From: Clostridia bacterium
GTDB taxonomy: Bacteria > Bacillota > Clostridia > Oscillospirales > CAG-272
Reading direction: 5' to 3'
DNA: 64,000 nt
Assembly: GCA_017408585.1 (NCBI GenBank)
Contig: JAFQUJ010000017.1
Location: 36,782-100,781, forward strand
A program made the position numbers and the translations under genes. The notes under the pieces are model-generated. The model was given only the letters and a program-made list of their open reading frames with translations, did not search any database and was not told where the DNA came from. Shown one piece after another: positions 1 to 10,295 of the stretch (positions within the stretch are counted from its first letter, which is position 1; every line of letters begins with the position of its first letter).

Positions 1-2898
1 CACATGAGCAGGCATAGTAGCGTTTTCTATTGGACAACCATAGAAAGCATTGGTTCCTATTAAGGTTACACTATCAGGAATGGTTATTTCGGTTAGTCCG
101 GTACAGCCATTAAATGCGTAATTATTTATAATTTCCAAGCCAGCTGGGAGCGTTACGCTTTCAATTGAGGTACAGCCACTGAAGGTATATGATAAAATCC
201 TTAATGTTGTGCCTCCATCGCTCCAGCTTTCAACATATGTTCCCTTGGTTATGTTTACCTTTTTCAAGCTATTTGGAATATAATAGGTTTCGAAGTTTTG
301 GTCAACCTCGGTTGCGTTGGTAAAGCTAGATGTTCCAAAGAAATAGCCCAAAACGGTTGTGCTTGAAGCTCCTTCTGATGCCATAAGGGTTTTTCCAATA
401 TATGGAGTGGTGAGCTCCTCAAGGCTTGAACAGCCGTAGAATACCTTCTCGCCTATCTCGTCGATTTTGTCGCCGAGGGTTACCTTTTTAAGATTGGAGC
501 AGTTATAGAACGCGCCATAGAAAAGCTTTCCACCTGTTATTGTTACAGATTTAAGGCTTTCGGGGATATAATAGGTTGCGCTACTGCCCGATTTGTAATA
601 CTGTCTTGTTGCTACCCCACTCTTATTTGATGTGCCAAAAATATAGCCAAACAAGGTTTTTTGTGATGCTGATGATTCACTATTACTTGCGCCAACAAAA
701 GGAAGAGTTATGCTTTCAAGTCCTGTGCACGCACCAAACACACCCTCGGAGAGTGAGGTTACCTTGTCAGGAACGGTTATGCTTTTAAGTGAGGAACAGC
801 CCCAGAAGGCATATGCGCCAATCAAGGTTACATTATCTAATGCGATAACCTCAAGTGATTTACAGTCTAGGAATGCACGCTCGCTAATTGTGCTAGCGGT
901 GTTTTCGGGCATTCTTTTAAGGCTTGAACAACCCGAGAAGGCGTATGCGCCAATAGAATTTGCGGGCTTTTCGTATGTAACTCTTTCAAGTAGGTCACAG
1001 TTGACAAACGCATAATCGCAAATTGTTTGCTGATCTGTTACCTTTACTATTTTAAGAGATTTTGGGATTAAGAACGCATATCCGTTTTGCGTGGTGTGCT
1101 CGCTTGAATCACTTGTTACATATTGAGATGATGTAGATGACATTGAATTGTTGTCGCTTGAATCACCAAAAATATATCCAAGGGTTGAAAAGCGAACCTC
1201 CTCCGGTTGCTTGTTTTTACCAATGAACGGAAGTGTTATCTCCTCAAGAGAATCGCACTTTCCAAATGCGCCATAGCGAATTTGTGTTATGGTTTTTGGA
1301 ATAACGATGCTCTTAAGTCCTGTACAGCCATAGAATGAGTATTCACCGATTTCGGTCAAGGTGCTTGGAAGCGCTAATGCTTCAAGAGAGGTACAGTTTT
1401 TAAACACTCCCTTGCCGAGCGCCTTAAGCTCAAACTTAGGCATTGACTTCATTTTTGAGCAATTTTCAAATGCGTACTCTCCGACTTCGGTTAGAGTCTT
1501 TTCGTACACGATTTGCTCTAGCAAATCACAGTTGACAAATGCTCTTGCGCAAACAGAGCTTTGGTCTGTTATTGTTACCTTTTTAAGAGAGTCGGGAATC
1601 TTAAAGATATATCCCAATTGAGTGGTGTATTCGCTATCTTCACTGCTTGTCAAATAGCTTTTTGACGAGCTGTTCATGTTTCCGTCCTTGTCTCCATCAC
1701 CAAAAATGTAGCCGAAGGTTGACCAGCGTGTTTCGTCGGGATTTCTGGTTTTTCCTATAAATGGTATTGTCAATTCTTTAAGAGCAGGACAGCCACCAAA
1801 TGCGCCGAAGCCTATGGTTGTTACACTATTTGGAATAACCGCGCTTTCAAGAGAGGTGCAATCGAAAAACTCGTAGCTGGGAATTTCTGCTCCGCCATTG
1901 ATTACTACCTTTTTCAAGCTTGAACCAAAGCTCAAGCAGTTAAGTAGCTCTGCGGGAACATTTATTTCTTCTATATTTAAATTGCTATCTTCTCCAAAGG
2001 CATTTTTATATACTACAAGCTCTTTGATGGTTATAGCATCCGAGGATGGGTACGACACATTATAGTCTATATCGTCCTTTACTAAAACGGTTAAGCTCTT
2101 GATATCACAGCCATCAAACGCTTCCTCGCCAATAAAGGTTACGCCCATTGGAATTACAACAGTGCTTATATCGGTACGATCCTTAAATGCTCTTGATGCG
2201 ATTGCATAGCTTTGCCCCTTATAGCTATCGGGCAAAACAAGAACAGATGCGCTTCCGTCATAGCTTGTAAGATAGTAGCGTCCATCATTTTCCACGAATG
2301 AAAAATCGTCCTCTTGAGATATGAGTCCTGTTGTAAGTGAAATAAACACTATCGCTATTGCGAGCACAACTGCAATAACGAATATTGCCAGCGCTGAATA
2401 TTTCACCTTGCCCTCAACATGATTTCGATTGTAGTAAATTTCGTTTTGGTTAAGAGAACGAATTAGCACTACTGCAATCACGAGGGTAGCTAATGCGAAT
2501 AGCACCCAGAAAAAGATATATGGCGCGCCGGTTAGCTGGTCATACAGGGTTTTGTTTGAAAAAATATTAATTCCTGTAAATATTGCAAGAACTATTGGAA
2601 GCAAGAATGCGATGGTTTTGAGCATTTTGAAAAGCTTATATCTTGCCTTTGCGCCTTTTTCAAGGTCTGCCTCCTCGCTTCTTAGACGAGCGCTTTCGGC
2701 GCTTTGAACCTTGCTTAGTGCGCTATTAAATTCGCTTCTCTCCTGAGAGAGTCGATTATAGTATCGGTCACGCTTGCTTGAATAAGTGCGCGACGCGTCG
2801 ATTTCGACATCACCCTCGTATGGGGGTGGTGTCGAGCCATCGAGCATTTGTATGTATTTTCTATCGGCGTGTTGCCTTGTCGTTTTTTTGAAGTCCAT
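1..2898 (-). CDS. BspA/TpLRR-type leucine-rich repeat membrane protein (3' end outside window), paralogue of 2925-7577
   Basis: Not in the ORF track because no stop falls in the window. ATG at 2898 gives MDFKKTTRQHADRKYIQMLDGSTPPPY..., then hydrophobic segments and repeats such as IGTNAFYGC. Frame spot-checked as consistent at ~1770, 1230, 700, 400 and 1-60. Confidence 0.9.
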   Translation of the reverse strand, partial: MDFKKTTRQHADRKYIQMLDGSTPPPYEGDVEIDASRTYSSKRDRYYNRLSQERSEFNSALSKVQSAESARLRSEEADLEKGAKARYKLFKMLKTIAFLLPIVLAIFTGINIFSNKTLYDQLTGAPYIFFWVLFALATLVIAVVLIRSLNQNEIYYNRNHVEGKVKYSALAIFVIAVVLAIAIVFISLTTGLISQEDDFSFVENDGRYYLTSYDGSASVLVLPDSYKGQSYAIASRAFKDRTDISTVVIPMGVTFIGEEAFDGCDIKSLTVLVKDDIDYNVSYPSSDAITIKELVVYKNAFGEDSNLNIEEINVPAELLNCLSFGSSLKKVVINGGAEIPSYEFFDCTSLESAVIPNSVTTIGFGAFGGCPALKELTIPFIGKTRNPDETRWSTFGYIFGDGDKDGNMNSSSKSYLTSSEDSEYTTQLGYIFKIPDSLKKVTITDQSSVCARAFVNCDLLEQIVYEKTLTEVGEYAFENCSKMKSMPKFELKALGKGVFKNCTSLEALALPSTLTEIGEYSFYGCTGLKSIVIPKTITQIRYGAFGKCDSLEEITLPFIGKNKQPEEVRFSTLGYIFGDSSDNNSMSSTSSQYVTSDSSEHTTQNGYAFLIPKSLKIVKVTDQQTICDYAFVNCDLLERVTYEKPANSIGAYAFSGCSSLKRMPENTASTISERAFLDCKSLEVIALDNVTLIGAYAFWGCSSLKSITVPDKVTSLSEGVFGACTGLESITLPFVGASNSESSASQKTLFGYIFGTSNKSGVATRQYYKSGSSATYYIPESLKSVTITGGKLFYGAFYNCSNLKKVTLGDKIDEIGEKVFYGCSSLEELTTPYIGKTLMASEGASSTTVLGYFFGTSSFTNATEVDQNFETYYIPNSLKKVNITKGTYVESWSDGGTTLRILSYTFSGCTSIESVTLPAGLEIINNYAFNGCTGLTEITIPDSVTLIGTNAFYGCPIENATMPAHV
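2561..2898 (-). repeat. Near-identical 5' segment (~340 bp) shared with 7238-7577
   Basis: Long identical runs, e.g. gcgctattaaattcgcttctctcctgagagagtcgattatagtatcggtc, in both copies; the sequences diverge after GINIFS. Confidence 0.9.
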
Positions 2899-2924
2899 TG
2901 TTATTTTCCTGTTTTGTTTATTGT

Positions 2925-5900
2925 TTATTTGTTACGCCAATAATACTGGTCGTAACTAGATGTTAAATATTTCGCTGCAGTTGATGCATCTGACAAATAA
3001 TTCAACGAGTAGCTTGGCGAGAAGCCAGACCAGGTTGAGTATTCCCATCCGGATGCATCTTCAAATATTACGCTTTTAAGTGCTGTACAGTATGAGAACG
3101 CATATATTTCGATAGTCTTTACACTAGCCGGAATAGTTATGCTTTCTAGCGCAGAACAGCTAGAGAACGCATTACCTTCTATTGTTTCTAAGACGCTTGG
3201 AAGCGTTATACTCTTAAGCTTGCTGCAACCACTGAAGGCGTATCCTCCTATTTCGGTTACACCACTTGGAATTGTTATGCTTTCAAGCGATGAGCAATGA
3301 TAGAATGTTTGATATCCTATTTTTGTAAGACCACTTGGAAGAGTAACTGTTTTTAATCTGTAACAGCACCAAAATGTAGCGTTTCCCATTGAAATTACGC
3401 TATCTGGTATCAAAACCTCTTCGAGCGAATTACATTCAAGGAACACGCTTTTGCCCAGTTCAGTTACACTGTTTGGAATTTTCACTGTTTTGAGATATTT
3501 AGAATATGCAAACGCCTCGTCTGCAATTATAGCCACGCTGTTTGGTATTTCGAAAGTTGTATCCTGTTTACCAATAGCATATAAAACAAGTGTCTTTCCG
3601 TCCTTGGAATAAAGAGAGCCATCAACTGACTTGTAATTTGCGTTGTCTTTACTTACCACAATGTTTTCAATTGCGGTACACTCCAAAAATGCTTGCTCTC
3701 CTATCTTGGTTAGTCCCTTTCCAATCGTTATGCTCTTAATTGCGTTATTGCCATAGAATGCATATGGCTTTATTTCTGTAATAGCATCCGGTATTACCAG
3801 CTCTGTTATAGTAGCACCGTTTATGTTCAAGCTATGTGAATAATTTTGAGGATTTGACCACTCGTCAAAGAAAGATATATTACACCATTGCTCTAATGTT
3901 CCAAGATAATTTACGATTTCAAGGCGGTTACAATTTATAAATTGTTGTTCTCCTATTTCGGTTACACTAGATGGAATTGTTATGCTTGTAATTCCTGCGC
4001 AATTACTAAATACGCAATCTCCTATTTTGGTTACGCCGTTTGGAATAACAACGCTTGTTATTGAATCGCAATTATTGAAAATATAGTCTTTTATTTCAGT
4101 AATGGAGTTAGGTATCACAAGGTCTGTCAAAAGAACGCCCTTTATACTAAATGTTTCAGCATAATATGTTGGAGTGGAATATTCATTACTAAATGAAATA
4201 TTACACCATTTCTCTAGCGTTCCAAGATAATTGACTGTCGAAATGCTATAGCAGTAATCAAAGGCATCGTTTCCAACTTGGGATACACCATTTCCAATTG
4301 TCACGCTTTCAAGAGACTCACAAGAACGAAAAGCACTATCGCCTATTGTTGTCACACTATCAGGAATTGTTATGCTTGTAAGAGAGTCACAGTCGTAGAA
4401 CGCTGACGAATAGATAAATTTTGTATTCTCATGTATTTTACAAGAGGTAATATTTTCGTCCGTCACATTTAGCAATAGCAAATAAGGATTGGTATCGTTT
4501 CCTAAATATAATGCATTATCATATGCATTGCATTTCATAGCAACGCTATCTGGTAATATGTATTCTCCCATCTCGGTAATGCTACTTGGAATTGTTATTG
4601 TTTCAAGGAGATCGCAGTCATAGAATGCATAGTTTCCTATTTTGGTCACTCCGTCGGAAATTGTTGCGCTTATAAGCGAGGTGCAATCTGAGAACGCATA
4701 TGCACCTATTATTTTCACATTACCCGGAACAACTATGCTTGCAAGTGCAGTACAGTTTTGGAATGCCGATTTTCCAATTGTCGTAACACCATCAGGAATT
4801 GTTATGCTTGTAAGTGCTGTGCAATTATAAAATGCGCTATTGTTAATATACTTTGTATCTTCATGTATTTGACAAGAGGCAATCTTCTTGTCATTTGCGT
4901 TCATGAGCCAAAGGAACGGATTATCTGCGTTTCCAAGATAACTTGCTGTATCATACACATTATATTTAAGTGCGGTACAGTTAGAGAACGCATAATCAGC
5001 TATTGATGTTACGCTATTGGGGATTGTTACATTCTCAAGAGATGTGGCATTTGCAATCGCATATGTTCCTATTGCTGTCACACCTGATGGAATTGTTATC
5101 TTTGTTATGTCGTCCTGATAATAAAATGCATATTTATATATTTCGTAATCTTTACCATTATAGCTATCGGGCAAGGTTATTTCCGTTATGTTGCCCTTGT
5201 ACGCCATGAGATAAATTTTATTATCTCTTGTCCAAAATACATAGTCGTTTATTGTTTTTAATACGCTTTGTTCACTTGATGAGGTGTGTATTATCAAGTC
5301 AGAATCACTTGCTGACGAAATGTCAAGTGAGGTTAAATTGTAAATCTCCACTAACTTATTACAGTTGTTAAACGCATAATCTTCTATTGTAATAACATTA
5401 GACGGAATTGTTACGCTTAAAAGAGAATTACAGTTAGAAAATGCACTATTTCCTATTGTAGTCACACTAGATGGAATTGTTATCTGCGTAAGAGAGCTAC
5501 AATTGGAAAACGCATTAGCGCCTATTGTAATTACGCCTTCTGGAATGCTTATACTTTCAAGTGCGGTACAACTACTAAATACAGCTTTTTCTATTATTGT
5601 AATCTGGCTTGGGATATTTACACTTTTAAGCGAATGGCACGCACTAAATGCGCATTCTCCTATCTCTTTTACATTAGCGCCAAGAGATATCCTTTCAATT
5701 TCCGAGCAATTGCCAAACGCGCCATATGCAAGAGTTCCACCATTAACAGTAACGCTCTTTAATGTGTTTGGAATGAAATAATTATGATAATCTCTCCATT
5801 GATTTGAATAATGTTGTTCCGTTTTTTTTGCTCCGTCAAACTCGTTTGAACCAAAAATATGGCCAAAATTATTTGAATAATAGGAACTAGAGAAATCTTT

Positions 5901-7577
5901 ATTTGAGCCAACAAATGGGATTGTCAAGCTTTCGAGACTTGAGCACCCCTCTAATATCCCATCTGGTATCGTAGTTAATCCGTTTCCAATAACGAGTTCT
6001 TTTAGTGATGTGCAATATTTAAAGGCTTCTCTGCCCACTGAGGTTACACTATCTGGTATAGTTAAGCTTACAAGTGAGGAGCACCTAACAAACGCGCCAT
6101 TGCCTATCTGCGTTACTTTGCTTGGAATTGTTATGCTTTTAAGAACAGAACAGCCTTGAAATGCACCATTCTCTATTCTTGTTAAGCTTTCAGGAAGCGT
6201 TATGCTTTCAAGAGCAGAACAGCCTTGGAAGGCGGAGTTTCCAATTGCAGTTACGCTATCAGACATGGTTACACTTGTAAGCGCAGTACAGCCATGAAAT
6301 GCCCTTCCTCCTATTGAGGTCACGCTATTTATTGTTACGCTCTTAAGCAATGTGCAATTTTCAAATGCATAGCTTGGTATTTCCTCTCCACCAATTATTG
6401 ATACAGTTTCTACTGTATTAAACGAAAAATTATCAAGCACTCCTGCATAACAAGTAAGATTTTTTATGTTATTACAACCATTAAACGCCGAATATCCAAC
6501 TGACGCATTTCCCTTAATTGTCAAGTTCGTGAGCGAGGTACATCCTTCAAACATTCCACTTGATATAGAGGTTATACCGCTTCCAATCACAACCGTTTCA
6601 AGCGCGGTACAGCCGCTAAATGTGTCGCTTTGTATTGATTCAATGGTGTCAGCAATAATCAAGCTTTTAAGAGATGTATAATCTCGGAAATCTGCATACA
6701 TCTGACCTTTTCCACCATTTATGAAAAGTGTTTCTATTGTTTTTGGCAGATTACCAACACTAGAAGCCGGAGCCTCAACATCCTTAAGCGATGTACAATT
6801 TCTAAAATTGCAGCTGCCGGTTGCTGTGGCAGGAATAACAAGCTTTGTCATGCTTTTAACATTATCGCCGGAGAAGGCCTCGTAACTTATTTGGTAAGCT
6901 TCTCCTTCGTATTTCTCGGGCAAAATTACAATTTCGGCATCTCCCTTGTATTCAATAAGAACGCAACCTCTGTCGCCCTTAATAAAAACAAAATCGTCCT
7001 TGCTTGAAACTGATGGCTTTGCTGAAAGGAACAAAATTCCAACCAATATAGTAACCGCAGTAACTATAATGGCAAGTGCGGAAAATTTCACTCCGTTTTT
7101 AACATTTGTTCTACTATAATAAATTTCTTTTTTATATAGGCTAACGATAAGTATGATTGCCAAAATCACACTAGCAAACATACCAAAAATCCATATTGAC
7201 TCAAAATCAATGGAGCTTACATAATAATAGTTTCTTGAAAAAATATTAATTCCTGTAAAGACCACCAGCACAATTGGTAGCAAAAACGCAATGGTTTTGA
7301 GCATTTTGAAAAGCTTATATCTTGATCTTGCCTTTGCCTCAATGTCTGCCTCCTCGCTTCTTAGACGAGCACCTTCGGCGCTTTGAACCTTGCTCAGCGC
7401 GCTATTAAATTCGCTTCTCTCCTGAGAGAGTCGATTATAGTATCGGTCGCGCTTGCTTGAATAAGTGCGCGATGCGTCGATTTCGGTGTCGCTCTCGTAT
7501 GGGGGTGGTGTCGAGCCATCGAGCATTTGTATGTATTTTCTGTCGGCGTGTTGCCTTGTCGTTTTTTTGAAATCCAT
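2925..7577 (-). CDS. BspA/TpLRR-type leucine-rich repeat membrane protein, 1550 aa
   Basis: Dozens of 'LxSITIPxSVTxIGxxAFxxC' repeats (LRR_5); ~90-aa charged N-terminus followed by about three hydrophobic helices. Confidence 0.93.
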   Translation of the reverse strand: MDFKKTTRQHADRKYIQMLDGSTPPPYESDTEIDASRTYSSKRDRYYNRLSQERSEFNSALSKVQSAEGARLRSEEADIEAKARSRYKLFKMLKTIAFLLPIVLVVFTGINIFSRNYYYVSSIDFESIWIFGMFASVILAIILIVSLYKKEIYYSRTNVKNGVKFSALAIIVTAVTILVGILFLSAKPSVSSKDDFVFIKGDRGCVLIEYKGDAEIVILPEKYEGEAYQISYEAFSGDNVKSMTKLVIPATATGSCNFRNCTSLKDVEAPASSVGNLPKTIETLFINGGKGQMYADFRDYTSLKSLIIADTIESIQSDTFSGCTALETVVIGSGITSISSGMFEGCTSLTNLTIKGNASVGYSAFNGCNNIKNLTCYAGVLDNFSFNTVETVSIIGGEEIPSYAFENCTLLKSVTINSVTSIGGRAFHGCTALTSVTMSDSVTAIGNSAFQGCSALESITLPESLTRIENGAFQGCSVLKSITIPSKVTQIGNGAFVRCSSLVSLTIPDSVTSVGREAFKYCTSLKELVIGNGLTTIPDGILEGCSSLESLTIPFVGSNKDFSSSYYSNNFGHIFGSNEFDGAKKTEQHYSNQWRDYHNYFIPNTLKSVTVNGGTLAYGAFGNCSEIERISLGANVKEIGECAFSACHSLKSVNIPSQITIIEKAVFSSCTALESISIPEGVITIGANAFSNCSSLTQITIPSSVTTIGNSAFSNCNSLLSVTIPSNVITIEDYAFNNCNKLVEIYNLTSLDISSASDSDLIIHTSSSEQSVLKTINDYVFWTRDNKIYLMAYKGNITEITLPDSYNGKDYEIYKYAFYYQDDITKITIPSGVTAIGTYAIANATSLENVTIPNSVTSIADYAFSNCTALKYNVYDTASYLGNADNPFLWLMNANDKKIASCQIHEDTKYINNSAFYNCTALTSITIPDGVTTIGKSAFQNCTALASIVVPGNVKIIGAYAFSDCTSLISATISDGVTKIGNYAFYDCDLLETITIPSSITEMGEYILPDSVAMKCNAYDNALYLGNDTNPYLLLLNVTDENITSCKIHENTKFIYSSAFYDCDSLTSITIPDSVTTIGDSAFRSCESLESVTIGNGVSQVGNDAFDYCYSISTVNYLGTLEKWCNISFSNEYSTPTYYAETFSIKGVLLTDLVIPNSITEIKDYIFNNCDSITSVVIPNGVTKIGDCVFSNCAGITSITIPSSVTEIGEQQFINCNRLEIVNYLGTLEQWCNISFFDEWSNPQNYSHSLNINGATITELVIPDAITEIKPYAFYGNNAIKSITIGKGLTKIGEQAFLECTAIENIVVSKDNANYKSVDGSLYSKDGKTLVLYAIGKQDTTFEIPNSVAIIADEAFAYSKYLKTVKIPNSVTELGKSVFLECNSLEEVLIPDSVISMGNATFWCCYRLKTVTLPSGLTKIGYQTFYHCSSLESITIPSGVTEIGGYAFSGCSKLKSITLPSVLETIEGNAFSSCSALESITIPASVKTIEIYAFSYCTALKSVIFEDASGWEYSTWSGFSPSYSLNYLSDASTAAKYLTSSYDQYYWRNK

Positions 7578-7590
7578 TTCTCGCTCCTAC

Positions 7591-7884
7591 TTAATATACA
7601 TTTCTCTTTTTATAGATTTGCGCTTCGTATTCGGGCAATCTTGAAAGTCTTTCGTCGATTGATGCTTGATTTTCGTCAACACAGCCCTTAACTGATGCGT
7701 TAAATCGGTCTATTACCGATACAAATGCTTGAATTGCGCCATGAATGCTTTGGTCAAGGTTACCAATATTAGCATTTAGCTCCGAGGAGCACTTAATGGT
7801 GAGAGCCTCGACCTTGGCTTTGAACTGTTCTATTGCCGATCGAGCGCTTAAAAGCGCGTTATCTGTAACACTTATTTTATCCAT
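7591..7884 (-). CDS. Small helical WXG100/ESAT-6-like protein, 97 aa
   Basis: Size, two amphipathic helices around a central 'NLDQ' turn, and operon context. Confidence 0.55.
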   Translation of the reverse strand: MDKISVTDNALLSARSAIEQFKAKVEALTIKCSSELNANIGNLDQSIHGAIQAFVSVIDRFNASVKGCVDENQASIDERLSRLPEYEAQIYKKRNVY

Positions 7885-7888
7885 TACC

Positions 7889-8389
7889 CTAATCCTGCTC
7901 CTTTAATTCCTTGTATGCCCATTTGAAGAAATGGTGGCTATATTTATGATATAGCTTTCTTATTTTTCTATCGAACAAAACATCATAGATTGTCACTAGC
8001 TTTTTTAGAATACTCCTTTGCTCCTCACCCTTTATGTCGGTGAAAACAAATTCTCTTACTTTCATATAAAGCTCTGTAAAATCGCCGATGCTTGTTTCTC
8101 TGTCATAATTAAGCTCCCACTTTGAGTCTGCGTCTGTTGCCGAGATTGGCTCTACAAACTCGCCGAGGTCGAGCGTATCTATTTTCTGCTGATAAATTTC
8201 AGTCGGTGGCTCGATTTTTTCGATTGATCCGTTTCCCTCGTTTCTTGTCATTTTGCAAACGAGAAATTTATCAACTATGCTTCCGTTATTATCATATCCT
8301 AGTATTGGATAAAGCAGGCTTGATGGAAAGCTTCTGTCGTTTTCAAAAAACGATTTCATTGCCCTGCTTATAATTTCGCGATATTCCAT
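7889..8389 (-). CDS. Hypothetical protein, candidate immunity protein for the upstream effector, 166 aa
   Basis: Starts 6 bp after the effector stop; no signal peptide; role inferred from position only. Confidence 0.5.
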   Translation of the reverse strand: MEYREIISRAMKSFFENDRSFPSSLLYPILGYDNNGSIVDKFLVCKMTRNEGNGSIEKIEPPTEIYQQKIDTLDLGEFVEPISATDADSKWELNYDRETSIGDFTELYMKVREFVFTDIKGEEQRSILKKLVTIYDVLFDRKIRKLYHKYSHHFFKWAYKELKEQD

Positions 8390-8395
8390 TTTTAC

Positions 8396-9529
8396 CTACC
8401 TTATTATCGTTTTTGTTATGTTCATCTCTGCGCCTGTTGGAGCAAGTGCAAATCTCATTACCTCGACGGGAACGAGCCTTGCGCTTGATTCTCCCCTGTC
8501 ACCCGAGTCGCAAACATAAACGCCTGTTATTTCGTTTGTATGGGCATCTCTTTGAATGCTTGTTATAGTGATTGCGTGAAATGCGGGTACAGAGCCATGG
8601 CTTTGATACCATAGCATATTCGCGTCAACAGTAGCGATTACTCCTCGTCCCTGCTCAACATATTCTGCGATTTTCTCAACTGAGCCATATTCTATGTCCG
8701 ACTCAATTCCAAAATGTCTTAAAACCGCTTGTCTATCCTTGGCGTATGTACCACCATTATTTTCAGGTGAGCTATCAATTGTGCACATTGGACGAATTCC
8801 CTTAAATCCAATGATTTTATGCGTTCTTGCGTAATTAACCACCTTTTCCTCGGTGATGTTAACGCCTGCCATACGGAGTATGTTTTCGACGCTTACAAGT
8901 CCGCATGTTCCCTCAAAGCCCTCGACGCCCTCTCCACCACGGCTTACAGGAACGCCTTGGTTTGAGTTTAGCTTTTCACCGGTTTGCTTAGGGGTATTGA
9001 AGGTTTTTACATATCCGTCTCTTTGCCATGTCTGTCTTGTTCTATTTAGCTTTGTAGGGCGTATTCCGTCTGAGATAAATTCGCCCTTTTCAAGCCGATC
9101 TGCCGATTGTGTCGCGCTCGGTGCGCTTGTGCTTGGAGCTGTACTTGTTCTTTTCGGCGGTGTGCTTGCTGATGTTGCACCGCTATTTGCGCTAGCAGTC
9201 ACAGGTGACGATGCGGAATAGGTCGATGCCACAGGAGAAGATGATGCTATACCGATACCCGTTGTACGATCGACAATTTCAAGCGCCTTATCACGAAAAT
9301 ATCGTGGATATGTAGCGCTGATTTCCTCGATAATGGTGTGAATTCTGGTTCTTAGAACCTCAATTTCTCTCATTAAATTGCCAAATGTGTGGTCATCGTC
9401 CCACTCACCTTGCAAATTCACCATGTCTCTACAATAATCATCAAGTATTTGATTTTGACTTTCGCAGTATGCTTCTATTGAATCTGCAACCTCGCCTAGC
9501 ACATCGGGGTCTAATATAAGCTCATCCAT
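8396..9529 (-). CDS. WXG100-like N-terminus + S/T/A/P linker + C39-like (papain-fold) peptidase; candidate secreted effector
   Basis: N-terminus (MDELILDPDVL...GEWDDDHTFG) is paralogous to 10567-10851; putative catalytic residues in GTCGLVS, FHAITIT and VCDSG. Confidence 0.75.
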   Translation of the reverse strand: MDELILDPDVLGEVADSIEAYCESQNQILDDYCRDMVNLQGEWDDDHTFGNLMREIEVLRTRIHTIIEEISATYPRYFRDKALEIVDRTTGIGIASSSPVASTYSASSPVTASANSGATSASTPPKRTSTAPSTSAPSATQSADRLEKGEFISDGIRPTKLNRTRQTWQRDGYVKTFNTPKQTGEKLNSNQGVPVSRGGEGVEGFEGTCGLVSVENILRMAGVNITEEKVVNYARTHKIIGFKGIRPMCTIDSSPENNGGTYAKDRQAVLRHFGIESDIEYGSVEKIAEYVEQGRGVIATVDANMLWYQSHGSVPAFHAITITSIQRDAHTNEITGVYVCDSGDRGESSARLVPVEVMRFALAPTGAEMNITKTIIR

Positions 9530-9598
9530 AGTTTCTCCTAATGATTTATAGCATTGTGGGCAAGCGCCCTTCTCTTACTACTTAGAGTAATGCTTTGT

Positions 9599-10294
9599 TT
9601 ATTTCTTTAATTTTGCAGAGAAATCCTCGCTTTGAAGTCTTGATGGGAAAAATATTGGCTTACTTGCGAGATATTCATTTATTTTTGCGATTAATGCATT
9701 TAATTCCATCGCATTGTACTCAGCCTCCTCTTGCATAAGGCCTAAGTACTTTTTCATTTCATACATACATTCCTGTATTGTGTCAAGTGCGCTTGCTACC
9801 GCGTCCTCCATCTCCTTAAAATAGGTGACGGTTGCTGAGGCGTCGTTTGCGAGGCTACGCGCAAGCTCATACTTTTTTCTATAATGATTGTAGTTATTAG
9901 TCGCCTCTTCTAATCTTCGACGAGCAGCGCTAAGCGCATATTCGTCCACATCAGGCACTGTTTTTGTAGTTGAGTTTCCATCTGAATCGGTAACTGTCAC
10001 CGTTTTGGTTCTGCTAAGAATATAGTCTATTTCTCTTTCGATGCTTTGCATTTCTGCGTAATATTCCTGCATTTGATATTCATATGTTGTCGCCTTTGAG
10101 GACGCCTCGTCATATATTATCTCGGCACGATTGATTTGAATTCTTATCTTTTGCAGATCCGACTCAACATCAAAATACAAGCGCTGAGCCTTGAAAATCA
10201 GCTGATCTGCGATGCTCATGATTACATCGTATGTGTCATCAGTGTGGCTAGCAAATCTTTCAAGCGCTGATAGCTCTGTTTTTATACTTGCCAT
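9599..10294 (-). CDS. Long helical-hairpin/coiled-coil protein, 231 aa (LXG/ESX-partner-like)
   Basis: ORF track 9599-10348; ATG at 10294 has a GGAG RBS and follows the upstream stop; heptad-rich with a central beta-hairpin-like 'TVTVTDSDGNSTTKTV'. Confidence 0.7.
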   Translation of the reverse strand: MASIKTELSALERFASHTDDTYDVIMSIADQLIFKAQRLYFDVESDLQKIRIQINRAEIIYDEASSKATTYEYQMQEYYAEMQSIEREIDYILSRTKTVTVTDSDGNSTTKTVPDVDEYALSAARRRLEEATNNYNHYRKKYELARSLANDASATVTYFKEMEDAVASALDTIQECMYEMKKYLGLMQEEAEYNAMELNALIAKINEYLASKPIFFPSRLQSEDFSAKLKK

Positions 10295-10295
10295 A

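Noticed and set aside
576-6681. Plus-strand ORFs over the LRR genes
   Set aside because: Antisense shadows of repetitive coding sequence
1-7577. Diversity-generating retroelement acting on the LRR or lipoprotein genes
   Set aside because: No reverse transcriptase; the repeats are at 5' ends and the differences are not adenine-specific
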